DNA from: a virus | Taxonomy: Duplodnaviria > Caudoviricetes | DNA length: 64,000 bases | Reading direction: 5' to 3' (one strand) | Virus record (IMG/VR): IMGVR_UViG_3300008107_000072 | Span: 1,304 to 65,303 of that record | Shown here: in pieces, positions 1-9,428 of the stretch | Layout of the letters: the number at the start of each line of letters is the position of its first letter | Numbering within the stretch: position 1 is the first letter of the stretch | Made by a program: the position numbers and the translations under genes | The notes under the pieces: model-generated | What the model saw: only the letters and a program-made list of their open reading frames with translations | The model's database searches: none | Told to the model about the DNA's origin: nothing

Positions 1-939
1 GTACTAGTAAAAGACTTAGGAATATTTGAGTGGGTTGCAACAGGTGTTGTTGACAGCTTAAATATTTTTGAAGGGAAAAAAGGATTCTGGAGTAGAGTAA
101 TTCAATCTAGTGAAGGTAATACACTTGATTTTACTCCTGAGAATGTAGCTAATAAGTCTATTTCTGTTACAGAAGATTCATCAAGTGATACCAAGTATCC
201 TTCAGTAAAAGCTGCTAAAACTTATGCAGATTCATTGGTTGTAGGACTTTTAAACGATAGAGGTAATTTTACACCAAGTGTAAGCTCTCCTGGTTCTTGG
301 CCTACAACTGGTGGCAGTGGTACTGCTGGAGCTATTAAAAAAGGAGACTTGTGGTTTTGTGCCGCTAATGGATTTTTAGATACAACAGCTGTAGTTACAG
401 GTACTAGCTTCCGTGCACTTTCTGATGCCCCTGGTCAAACAGCAGGTAACTGGAATATCTTAGATGCAGGACTTGGATACACTCCTGAAAATGTAGCTAA
501 TAAATCTACAAGTACTTCTCTAGGTACTAGTAATACTTTATATCCTACTCAGAACGCTGTTAAAACTTACGTAGATAATAAATCAGGTATTCCATATAAA
601 GTGTATACAGCATCTCTTATATTTGGCTCAGGAGCAGTTACTGCAACAGTATATCAAAATACAATAGGTGATGGCTCTGCTGATGGCGTAAATGATATTG
701 CTTGGGTTGACCCTGGAACAGGTTCATACAATGCTAATATGACAGGAAGTACAGCATTCCCTTCTGGAAAAACATGGATTAAATCAGCTAATTATATGGG
801 TGGTAATCAATGTTTTAATTTATGGGGAGTAAGAGTTTCTAATACTCAAGTTAGATATACTAGTAGAAAAACATCAGACAATTCACTTAGTAGTGCTAAT
901 AGCATTCCTGTATTTATCGAAATTAGAGTTTACCCATAA
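1..939 (+). CDS. Tail fibre/structural protein, 5'-truncated by the window edge; paralog of 965..2134
   Basis: Frame is open from base 1 (VLVKDLGIFEWVATG...), upstream of the ORF-track start at 235. It aligns with the next ORF (VLVKDVAIFEWVSTG..., DRGNFTP, WPTTGGSGTAGAI.KGD.WFC), and both end in EIRVYP. Confidence 0.7.
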   Translation, partial: VLVKDLGIFEWVATGVVDSLNIFEGKKGFWSRVIQSSEGNTLDFTPENVANKSISVTEDSSSDTKYPSVKAAKTYADSLVVGLLNDRGNFTPSVSSPGSWPTTGGSGTAGAIKKGDLWFCAANGFLDTTAVVTGTSFRALSDAPGQTAGNWNILDAGLGYTPENVANKSTSTSLGTSNTLYPTQNAVKTYVDNKSGIPYKVYTASLIFGSGAVTATVYQNTIGDGSADGVNDIAWVDPGTGSYNANMTGSTAFPSGKTWIKSANYMGGNQCFNLWGVRVSNTQVRYTSRKTSDNSLSSANSIPVFIEIRVYP

Positions 940-964
940 CATTAAAATTAAAAAACAATAAACA

Positions 965-2134
965 ATGGCAATAATTCAAAAACCTAGAAGCAATAGTCAG
1001 GGTGTTGTAGATACAACAGCTGACTTAGCTCAATTAAATGGAAGACCAGGGTATCAAGTTCTGGTAAAAGACGTAGCTATATTCGAATGGGTATCTACAG
1101 GAGTAGTAGATAATAATAATATCTATCCAGGATTAAGTGGATTATGGAGTAAAATTATTATGTCTGCTGATGATGCTCTATCATTTACACCAGAAGATTC
1201 TGCTAATAAGTCTTTAAATGTTATTACAGATGGAGACAGCGATGTTAAATATCCTTCTGTTAAAGCTACTAAGATTTATGCAGATTCTTTAGTTACTGGT
1301 CTACTTGATGACAGAGGTAACTTTACTCCTGGACTTACATCTCCTGGCGCATGGCCTACTACAGGTGGTAGCGGTACAGCAGGAGCTATTATGAAGGGAG
1401 ATATTTGGTTTTGCTCTGCTAGTGGGTTTATGGGTACTACTGCTGTAGTTGCTGGAGCAAGTTTTAGAGCTACAGTAGACACTCCTGGTCAAACAAACGC
1501 TAACTGGAACGTTCTTAGCGCAGGTGCTATCTCTGTTGCTACTCCAAGCCTAAGCGAAGTAACAGCAGTAGGTGCATCTACTACAAGTAATATGTCTATA
1601 AGCAATGGTAACGCTGCGGTAGATTTTCAGGTATTCTCATCATCAAACGGTGGTGTTCAGCTGGCTGTAGACTCAATTAATAAAGGATATGCTTATATAG
1701 CATCAGGAAATGGAACTGGAGCAAAAATAAAAGCAAACAATATAACTGAAGATAGAAATATTCAGCTTCCAAACGCTTCAGGTACTCTTGCCCTCACTAG
1801 TGATATAACTTCTGCACCTTATTTAGTTTATTCAGCACTAATAACATATAATGGCTCATTCACGATAGATGTATTACAAAATACATTAGGGCAAACTATT
1901 ACCTGGTCTATTCCAGCTAATGGAACTTACAGAGCAACTTCAACAGGAACGCCTTTTATAGTTGGGAAAACATTTTTAATATGTCCAGGATTTTCTAATG
2001 CAGGAGTTCCATATATTATAGCTCCTGGTGCTGGAGGAAATATAGCTGATTTTAATTTCTTTAAATTTGATGGAACGAAAACTTCAACACCATTAATAAC
2101 TAGATACCCAGTAGAAATTAGAGTTTATCCATAA
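965..2134 (+). CDS. Tail fibre/structural protein (paralog of <1..939)
   Basis: 389-aa G/T/S-rich ORF with an A-rich leader. Has FTPE..ANK..KYP and LPNASGTLAL tail-fibre-type motifs. Confidence 0.7.
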   Translation: MAIIQKPRSNSQGVVDTTADLAQLNGRPGYQVLVKDVAIFEWVSTGVVDNNNIYPGLSGLWSKIIMSADDALSFTPEDSANKSLNVITDGDSDVKYPSVKATKIYADSLVTGLLDDRGNFTPGLTSPGAWPTTGGSGTAGAIMKGDIWFCSASGFMGTTAVVAGASFRATVDTPGQTNANWNVLSAGAISVATPSLSEVTAVGASTTSNMSISNGNAAVDFQVFSSSNGGVQLAVDSINKGYAYIASGNGTGAKIKANNITEDRNIQLPNASGTLALTSDITSAPYLVYSALITYNGSFTIDVLQNTLGQTITWSIPANGTYRATSTGTPFIVGKTFLICPGFSNAGVPYIIAPGAGGNIADFNFFKFDGTKTSTPLITRYPVEIRVYP

Positions 2135-2160
2135 TATTCTGTTCATGGTTTGGTTTGTAA

Positions 2161-2189
2161 GCCCCATCTATCAAGGTGGGGTTTTTTTT
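2161..2189 (+). terminator. Intrinsic terminator
   Basis: GCCCCATC-loop-GGTGGGGT followed by a T run. Confidence 0.85.
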
Positions 2190-2343
2190 ATCAAATATTT
2201 TCCATTAAATAGAATTTTGTAGCAAATATTTTCCAATAATGCGACACTTCTGTCTTTTATTTGATTGCATCATATAGACATTATTTAGACATTTATAGGT
2301 TTATTTAGGGTAGATTTGTCTATATTTTAATCACAGATTTTAC

Positions 2344-2351
2344 TATATTTG
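2344..2351 (+). promoter_or_regulatory. Bacteroidota sigma-A -7 promoter element
   Basis: TATATTTG matches TAnnTTTG, 17 nt before ATG 2369. Confidence 0.65.
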
Positions 2352-2368
2352 TGACTAAATAGAAACAG

Positions 2369-3010
2369 ATGAACTACAAACCACTAAGAGGTGAACTTCT
2401 TGTTATTGTAGACAAAGAAGATAAATACACCCACACCATTGAAGGTACAGACATAAAACTCTACATCGAAAAAGACTACGGATGGAACGAAAGGGAAAAA
2501 AATGCTGTTAACGCTATAGTCATATACGGAGCAGCAACTGGACTTGAAGAAGGAACGCCAATCGTTTGCTGGCATAACTCGTTCACCGAACATACACTTA
2601 TAGATACTATACAGACAGATGAAGACTCTCTGCACGGAGGAAAAAAGAAATTATACGTGCATACACTTAGACCAGATAGAGTGTTTTTTTATATTGAAAA
2701 CGGTATTCCAGTACCGATGGATGGGTATTTACTAGTAGATAGAGTGTACTATAAACCGGAATCTGAATCCATTATCCTAACAGAAGTATCTGAGAAGAAA
2801 GAACAAAACAGAGTGGTTGTAAAGAGTACACCGTTAGGACAAGATACTTTCTCAGTAGGGGACGTTCTTATAGTAGAGACTATGGCTGATTATGAGGTTG
2901 TGTATGCGTACGAAGGGCGTGAACACCGAATAATCCGTATAAAAGAGCAGGACATCATGGCAATAGATAATACATTCGAAATAAACGAAACAATGAGAAT
3001 AGGAGTATGA
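2369..3010 (+). CDS. Tandem GroES-like co-chaperonin
   Basis: Two GroES-like units: MNYKPLRGELLV... and PMDGYLLV...VGDVLIV...IIRIKEQDIMAI. Sits before the packaging genes. Confidence 0.6.
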   Translation: MNYKPLRGELLVIVDKEDKYTHTIEGTDIKLYIEKDYGWNEREKNAVNAIVIYGAATGLEEGTPIVCWHNSFTEHTLIDTIQTDEDSLHGGKKKLYVHTLRPDRVFFYIENGIPVPMDGYLLVDRVYYKPESESIILTEVSEKKEQNRVVVKSTPLGQDTFSVGDVLIVETMADYEVVYAYEGREHRIIRIKEQDIMAIDNTFEINETMRIGV

Positions 3011-3330
3011 CAGATATAGTAAAACTTAAACAAAGGATAGAAGAACTAGAAAAGGAGTTAGAAGCATACAAAGGAGATGGCCTTCAAGGTCTTTACCACG
3101 CACTCAACTATCAGCTGTCTAAGCTGTCAGAAGAACTCAATGGAGAGTATGTGTCCTTTAAATCCAAAAACGATAAAACATTTGAAAGAGTATGGAAAGC
3201 AATGGTAGACAGCAAAGATGTAGCACAGAACCTGCTGTGGCTAAAGAAGGAACTGAAAATAGGAACGGAGAAGGAGGAGGAGAAACCACTAATAACAAGA
3301 AATCCAATAGAGGCCTTTATAAAAAAATAG
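3007..3330 (+). CDS. Coiled-coil protein, possible terminase small subunit
   Basis: 107-aa helical ORF with an ATGA overlap on the previous gene, upstream of the large terminase. Confidence 0.5.
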   Translation: MTDIVKLKQRIEELEKELEAYKGDGLQGLYHALNYQLSKLSEELNGEYVSFKSKNDKTFERVWKAMVDSKDVAQNLLWLKKELKIGTEKEEEKPLITRNPIEAFIKK

Positions 3331-4136
3331 AGCTACACAAGATTCCAAAAATAAATGCTACAAAGACTTACAAAGGTAACGAAGTTCGCTCTATAGTAGC
3401 TTTTTATAGAGAGCAGTACTACGCCAAAAACAGAGAGCTGCTAAGAGTAAATAAAAGCCTTAAGAAACACAAGGCTAAGAAAAAGAGCATTATTGACAAG
3501 TACATAGCAAGACAGAAGGAAACATATAGAAAACTTAAAGCAGAAAAGACAAGAACAGAGAATCTTAAAAAAACACACAAAAATAAACTACTTAAAGAAA
3601 GAAAAAGAGTTGATGAATTTATAGTACTTCAAAAAAGAGAAATCAGAAAGCAGGAGAGGAATAAAGTAAAGTACAAGTACGTAGACGTAGACAGGCATAC
3701 GAACCCGCGTAATCTTGATATTATTACGTGGATTCGAATTTACACTAAGATAAATATTATTCGCAGAAGAACAAAATTAAAAGCACAAGAAGTTTTGCTA
3801 TTGTTGTGGATATACTCAAATGGAGAGGGGAATACCAGAACCCCTATGTGGAAAAAAGATACAGGAATGCACCCAACATATATTGGAAAGTTCAAACAAA
3901 GGATAATACAGTTTAACTTAGTAAAAGAAATTATGATAAAAGGCGTATATAACTATGACCTTACAGAAAGAGGGAAAAAGTTTTTAGAGCCAATAATAGA
4001 GTTTATAAAACAAAGAAACGTAGATGCAAAAAGAGTCAAACGTAAACTTGTACGGGATAGAGTACGAACTTCCGAAGCAGCCTCCGGCATACAAGATGGA
4101 GGGGATACAGTACAGCAAGAAGGAGCAGTACTTTAG
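3192..4136 (+). CDS. Basic coiled-coil protein with C-terminal winged-helix (MarR-like) domain; start uncertain
   Basis: LKAQEVLLLLWI...YIGKFKQRIIQFNLV...YDLTERGKKFL resembles a wHTH. Overlaps both neighbours. Confidence 0.55.
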   Translation: MESNGRQQRCSTEPAVAKEGTENRNGEGGGETTNNKKSNRGLYKKIELHKIPKINATKTYKGNEVRSIVAFYREQYYAKNRELLRVNKSLKKHKAKKKSIIDKYIARQKETYRKLKAEKTRTENLKKTHKNKLLKERKRVDEFIVLQKREIRKQERNKVKYKYVDVDRHTNPRNLDIITWIRIYTKINIIRRRTKLKAQEVLLLLWIYSNGEGNTRTPMWKKDTGMHPTYIGKFKQRIIQFNLVKEIMIKGVYNYDLTERGKKFLEPIIEFIKQRNVDAKRVKRKLVRDRVRTSEAASGIQDGGDTVQQEGAVL

Positions 4137-6060
4137 GTATACGGAGATTCCTGAAACATTTGAGGAGCTGGAATATGACTCTTCTGGTAATGCTATTTGG
4201 TCAGATGAGCAGTGGGAGTTTATTATGAGAGAGCTAACTCGCTGCCGTGATGGGCATTGGTTCTTAAACAACGGTCAACCAACATATATTACCGGGAAAT
4301 ACTACTACTTCCTAAACTACTTCACTCTTGAAAATGGAGAAAAGCCTCACTACAGGGATTGCGATAGGAGGTATTACCTATTTCTTGACTACTGCGAAAA
4401 GTCATCTAACATACTTGGAATCATACGCGTAAAGTCTCGACGTGAAGGTGCTACCTCACAAGCCTCGTCTAATCTTATTTATACAGCTACTACAACTGAG
4501 CAGGCTAAATGTGGTATCATATCAAAAACAGGGGATGATGCTAAATCCGTATTCAAAGAGATGGTTGTATACGCATTTCGTAACCTGCCACTATTCATGA
4601 AGCCAGACATCTCAGCAGGTGATGACCCTGAGAAGATACTTAGGTTCATGAAGCAGGTATCAAGAGTTAAGAAGAAACAGCAAACATCTATTAGAGAAAA
4701 GCCGGAAGGGTTAAACTCTCAGATAGATTTTAAAAACACAAAGCTAAACAGCTACGATTCTAAAAGAACTACAAGGCTACTTGTCGACGAGGCAGGTAAG
4801 TTTCCTACCGATGTTCCTATTCAACGCTATTGGCCTATTGTTAGAAAGACGCTAGAAAAAGGTAGTAGAAAGGTAGGATTTGCAGAGATGCCATCGACTG
4901 TAAACAAACTAAAAGACGGAGGAGCAGGATTTAAAACGCTATGGAACGAATCTAATCAGTTAACTCATAAGACAACTCCAACAGGTCTTTACAGATACTT
5001 TAAACCAGCATACGATGGGTACGAAGGGTTTATAGATAGATATGGAATGAGTATTATAGAGCCTCCAACCAAAGACCAAGAGAGATTCCTGCAAGAAACG
5101 ACTACGCTTACACTACAAGAGATACGATTAGGCGCTAAAGAATATCTTAGGCAGCGTATTGAAAAGATTGAAGATGATGAGATGAGGTTAGAAGAAAAGC
5201 GGATGATGCCATTTACAGAAGAAGAAGCATTTGCTGCGGACGATTCAGAGTCTTTCTTTAATACATCATTAATAAGAGAACAGCTTGAATACCTAAAAGA
5301 CAATAAACCATCTATGCGTAGAGTTACGTTTGGATGGGATGAGAAAAATAAAGTAGACTATAGAGATGACGCTAACGGTAAATGGCTGTTACTTAAACAA
5401 CCAAGATTTACTAATAGTGTAGTGTACGACGATTCTGGAAAGAAGCCTGCTAATACGCATCAGTATAAGATAGGAGTTGACCCTTTTGCATCAACAATTA
5501 TAGTAGGTAAAGGTTCAAACGGTGTTATCGTTGTATACGAGCAGTATGACCCTACAGACCCAGAGAATACAGGTATGCCAGTAGCTATATATGTAGGAAG
5601 GCCTAAAACTAAGAACCTATTTCATACAGAAGTATTATATGCCTGTCACTATTTCGGATGCAAGGCTACATACGAAAATGCAAATGATGACTACTTTGAA
5701 TGGTTTATAGATAAAGGACATAAGAACTTTATTACCAAAACTCCAAAATCTGTACTTGACCCTAACAGAAAATCTAAGAATGTTCAGACGTGGGGAGTAT
5801 CGCCAAAAGACCCTTTCTCATTAAATAAGCAACTTGAGCTTGCTCAATTTTGGGTTGACAACTATTCTCATAAGATGTTCTTTAAAGAAATATTTGAAGA
5901 TATGCTAGAGTATGACCATTTCAATAGAACAAAGTCGGATATTACTGTTGCATTTATGATTGCACTTGTAGCAGCGGCAGGAGACGTTAGAAATGTGTTG
6001 AAAGAAAAGAAGGACGTCGCACCACTTGTTCTAACATACGATATTAGCAACATCAGATAG
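4024..6060 (+). CDS. terL: Terminase large subunit
   Basis: Walker A-like KSRREGAT, Walker B LLVDEAGK, RNase H-like nuclease IGVDP...D; 678 aa, directly upstream of the portal. Confidence 0.92.
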   Translation: MQKESNVNLYGIEYELPKQPPAYKMEGIQYSKKEQYFRYTEIPETFEELEYDSSGNAIWSDEQWEFIMRELTRCRDGHWFLNNGQPTYITGKYYYFLNYFTLENGEKPHYRDCDRRYYLFLDYCEKSSNILGIIRVKSRREGATSQASSNLIYTATTTEQAKCGIISKTGDDAKSVFKEMVVYAFRNLPLFMKPDISAGDDPEKILRFMKQVSRVKKKQQTSIREKPEGLNSQIDFKNTKLNSYDSKRTTRLLVDEAGKFPTDVPIQRYWPIVRKTLEKGSRKVGFAEMPSTVNKLKDGGAGFKTLWNESNQLTHKTTPTGLYRYFKPAYDGYEGFIDRYGMSIIEPPTKDQERFLQETTTLTLQEIRLGAKEYLRQRIEKIEDDEMRLEEKRMMPFTEEEAFAADDSESFFNTSLIREQLEYLKDNKPSMRRVTFGWDEKNKVDYRDDANGKWLLLKQPRFTNSVVYDDSGKKPANTHQYKIGVDPFASTIIVGKGSNGVIVVYEQYDPTDPENTGMPVAIYVGRPKTKNLFHTEVLYACHYFGCKATYENANDDYFEWFIDKGHKNFITKTPKSVLDPNRKSKNVQTWGVSPKDPFSLNKQLELAQFWVDNYSHKMFFKEIFEDMLEYDHFNRTKSDITVAFMIALVAAAGDVRNVLKEKKDVAPLVLTYDISNIR

Positions 6061-6066
6061 ATTTTG

Positions 6067-6074
6067 TATTTTTG
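6067..6074 (+). promoter_or_regulatory. TAnnTTTG -7 promoter element
   Basis: TATTTTTG between the terminase and portal genes. Confidence 0.5.
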
Positions 6075-6090
6075 ATAAAATACTACAATT

Positions 6091-8499
6091 TTGACTCCGT
6101 TTTATAATCCCACATTGCAGTTTCAACTCAATCTTGAGGGTGTTTCAGACGCAGAACTTGGCGAAAAGATGGCTAAGTACGTACATTCTATCGTGTCTAA
6201 TGAATACTTTGAGAAGCGCAATGTAGAAATATCGAAGAACTATAAGTTATCTACCGGCAAACAGGATATGCGTGACTATATGCAGTTCTTGAATATTGAC
6301 GGTAAGCAATCTTACGTGAACCTAGACTGGACTCCACCTATGATTGCTCCTAAGTTTATGGAGGTATTGATTGGTGGATTTATGAAAAGAGGAGAGAAGC
6401 CAAGATGTACAGCTGTTGACCCTGTTAGCATAAGAAAGAAGAAGTATGATAAGTCTATGGCTGAGTTCCGTATGCTTGAGCCTGAGTTTAACAAGATGGC
6501 TGATGAAGCTTTAGGAACGTACAAGAACAGAGAAACATTTGAGCCGGAGAGTTATGATGAATTGGACATATTCTTTAACGTGGACTACAGAACTCCAGAA
6601 GAAATACTCATGGAGCGCGGCGCCACAATGGTTATGCACAATAACAACTGGACTGACATCAAACGTAATTTACTTTGTCACATCAGGGACGCAGGTTACG
6701 GTGTAACATTTACTAGAGCAGAATCAGACGGTACTGTAAAGGTAGAGTGCATTAATCCTATAGACTTCTTTTCGTCATACTCTGAAAGGAATGACTTAAA
6801 TGATGCCTCTGTTATGGGACATCGTAAATCAATGAGACTGTTTGAGTTACGTAAACAATTTGGGTTAAATGAAGAGCAATTATTCGAGATTGCTAAAACA
6901 TCGAAAGACTGCGTTAATCCATATACTTACAAATGGAAAAATGAATACATAAATCCGGGCTCCCGTCCTTATGACGATTACGCCATTGAGGTTTTATTCT
7001 TTGAAGCTAAAACAGTACGGCCTATGTTTTGGGTAGAAAAGAATAGGGAGAACCGGAAATATGTAGAGCGTAAAAAAGGTAAGCCTGAAAACGTAGCAGA
7101 AGATAAGATAGTTATACAAAAGGAGATGGAGGTGATATACGCAGGTGTATATCTTCCTCAATCTAACAGATTACTTAAGTTTCAGCCTAACAGCCCAATG
7201 ATTAGACCTTCTAATCCAAAGGAGTTGACAAGAGCTTATTTTAGTTATTCGGTGTATATGCCTAATAATATTGGCATGAATAATACGCCACTAGCTGAAA
7301 GGATTAGCTCTTCAGTGCGTATGATTACGCTTACACACATGAAGATTCAGCAGCTGATAGCCAAGATGAGACCATCAGGTATTGCTGTTGATATATCTGG
7401 ACTTAAGGAGGTGAACCTTGGGCAAGGACAGGTGCAACCTCTTGAAATACAACGAGTATACGACCAAACAGGTAACATATATTATAATAGTATAGATGAA
7501 GATGGTGAAAGACGCAATCTTCCGATTAATGAATTACCAAATATTGGTAACATTAACCAAATCAATGCAGCTATACAAGTTTATAACTTTTACGTATCTA
7601 AAATACGTGATGAGGTTGGTATCAACGAATACAGAGAAGGTTCAAGCGTTAATCCTAAGATGGGGTTAGGCGTTTTACAATCTCAAATCCGCGAGTCTAA
7701 CAATGCTACTGATTTCATCTATGATTCTTATTTGGAGATTACTGAGCAGACGATTACGAAAATAGGCATCCTGCTTCATGATTCTGTGGTATATGGTGGT
7801 ACAGCTTATAGGGAGTTCTTCGGTAACTCTGAACTCAAAAATATGTACTTTGAGTTTAAGATGGAGATGCTTCCTGATGATGCAGAAAAGCAGTATGTAG
7901 ACCAGCTTGTTAACATGGCTGTTACAAATAACCTTATCAACTTTGATGACGCATTTAAGATTCGCAGACTTGATAATGTTAAATTGCAGGAGTTATTTCT
8001 TACAAGAGCTAAGAATAAGAGAATGCAAGAGGAGATGCAGAAAGCTCAGCAGAACTCTGAGATGAACGCTCAGATTCAAGAGCGTTCTGCACAAGCTAAA
8101 ATGCAATCAGATGCAGTTATTGAACAGGAGAAGGCTAAAAGTAAAATAGCTATTGAAGAAACGACAGCAAGATTCCGTAATGATGAAAATATGCAGAAGT
8201 TTGTACATGAAGTGCTACTTATGTCGTTTAAAGAAAGCAAGCCTTTGGATGGTTATGTGAAGGATATAGTGGATGGATATTTTGAAGAGAAAGCTCGCCA
8301 AAAGCAGATGGAAGAGCAGGCATTAGCTGAACAGCAACAGCAAGCTCAAATGGAGTTTTTAGCACAGCAAGGTATTACTCCTGACCAAATAAATGAAATG
8401 CAAGGTCTTGTAGATGAGAACAATGCGGCTGAGCAACAGATGATGCAGCAGCAACAAATGGCTCAGATGATGCAACAACAGCAACAACAACCTCAATAA
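6091..8499 (+). CDS. Portal protein
   Basis: 802 aa following terL. SYVNLDWTP..IAPKF motif and Q-rich coiled-coil barrel are typical of crAss-like/P22-like portals. Confidence 0.85.
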   Translation: MTPFYNPTLQFQLNLEGVSDAELGEKMAKYVHSIVSNEYFEKRNVEISKNYKLSTGKQDMRDYMQFLNIDGKQSYVNLDWTPPMIAPKFMEVLIGGFMKRGEKPRCTAVDPVSIRKKKYDKSMAEFRMLEPEFNKMADEALGTYKNRETFEPESYDELDIFFNVDYRTPEEILMERGATMVMHNNNWTDIKRNLLCHIRDAGYGVTFTRAESDGTVKVECINPIDFFSSYSERNDLNDASVMGHRKSMRLFELRKQFGLNEEQLFEIAKTSKDCVNPYTYKWKNEYINPGSRPYDDYAIEVLFFEAKTVRPMFWVEKNRENRKYVERKKGKPENVAEDKIVIQKEMEVIYAGVYLPQSNRLLKFQPNSPMIRPSNPKELTRAYFSYSVYMPNNIGMNNTPLAERISSSVRMITLTHMKIQQLIAKMRPSGIAVDISGLKEVNLGQGQVQPLEIQRVYDQTGNIYYNSIDEDGERRNLPINELPNIGNINQINAAIQVYNFYVSKIRDEVGINEYREGSSVNPKMGLGVLQSQIRESNNATDFIYDSYLEITEQTITKIGILLHDSVVYGGTAYREFFGNSELKNMYFEFKMEMLPDDAEKQYVDQLVNMAVTNNLINFDDAFKIRRLDNVKLQELFLTRAKNKRMQEEMQKAQQNSEMNAQIQERSAQAKMQSDAVIEQEKAKSKIAIEETTARFRNDENMQKFVHEVLLMSFKESKPLDGYVKDIVDGYFEEKARQKQMEEQALAEQQQQAQMEFLAQQGITPDQINEMQGLVDENNAAEQQMMQQQQMAQMMQQQQQQPQ

Positions 8500-8500
8500 T

Positions 8501-8704
8501 ATGTTAGTTAAGAAAAAAAGCGAAAGCAAAGCAAAGTTTACAGCACAAGAATTTTCAAAGTTCAAAGCTATGTATAAGGCTATGGAAGAAGGAAAGGATG
8601 ACGAGGAGGAAGATGACATGGAGGAAGATAATATGGAAGAGATGCCTGCTGTAATTACAATGGGAGCACAGAAGAAGAGTAGTAAAATGATTAAAAAGTC
8701 TTAG
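8501..8704 (+). CDS. Small charged hypothetical protein
   Basis: 67 aa, tightly packed between neighbours. Confidence 0.6.
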   Translation: MLVKKKSESKAKFTAQEFSKFKAMYKAMEEGKDDEEEDDMEEDNMEEMPAVITMGAQKKSSKMIKKS

Positions 8705-8707
8705 TAT

Positions 8708-9001
8708 ATGCCAATGATTAAAAAAGACTCTCGTCTTGAGAGAGCAGGTGTGTCAGGATATAATAAGCCTAAGCGCACCCCTGACCATCCTAAAAAGTCT
8801 CATATTGTAGTAGCTAAAGAAGGTAGTCAAATTAAGACAATACGCTTTGGCGAGCAGGGAGCAGAAACTGCCGGAAAACCAAAAGCAGGAGAGTCTGATA
8901 GAATGAAAAAGAAGAGAGCATCATTTAAGGCAAGGCATTCTAAAAATATAGCGAAAGGAAAGATGAGTGCGGCATATTGGGCCAATCGCGTAAAATGGTG
9001 A
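8708..9001 (+). CDS. Small basic conserved phage protein
   Basis: GYNKPKRTP.HPKKSH.V.AK...IRFG..G...SFKARH...SAAYWA..VKW, a motif I recognise from aquatic phages. Confidence 0.75.
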   Translation: MPMIKKDSRLERAGVSGYNKPKRTPDHPKKSHIVVAKEGSQIKTIRFGEQGAETAGKPKAGESDRMKKKRASFKARHSKNIAKGKMSAAYWANRVKW

Positions 9002-9014
9002 TAATCAATAACTT

Positions 9015-9404
9015 ATGAGTGTTTCTCAAAAAACAAATCCTTCTCTTTGGAAAAGAGTAGTATCTAGCGTAAAAGCTGGCAGCAAGGGAGGAGATGCTGG
9101 TGAGTGGTCCGCAAGGAAAGCTCAGTTAGCTGTCAAGAAATACAAGGATGCAGGTGGCGGATATAAAGGTGATAAATCATCTTCTAACAGCTTATCTAAA
9201 TGGAGTAAGCAGGAGTGGACTACATCTTCAGGAAAGCCATCAGAAGGAAAGAGAAGGTATTTACCAAAAGCTGCTTGGAAAGCATTATCTTCGTCAGAGA
9301 AATCAGCTACTAACAGAGCTAAGGCAGAAGGTAATAAAGAAGGTAAACAGTTTGTAAAACAGCCTAAGGAAGTAGCTGAGAAGTCAGCCAAGTACAGGAA
9401 ATAA
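9015..9404 (+). CDS. Small basic protein, DUF5872-like
   Basis: GEWSARKAQL...YK..GGGYK...L.KW..Q.W...RYLP..AW..LS motif. Confidence 0.7.
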   Translation: MSVSQKTNPSLWKRVVSSVKAGSKGGDAGEWSARKAQLAVKKYKDAGGGYKGDKSSSNSLSKWSKQEWTTSSGKPSEGKRRYLPKAAWKALSSSEKSATNRAKAEGNKEGKQFVKQPKEVAEKSAKYRK

Positions 9405-9428
9405 TTTTTAACAATAAAAACAAATACA

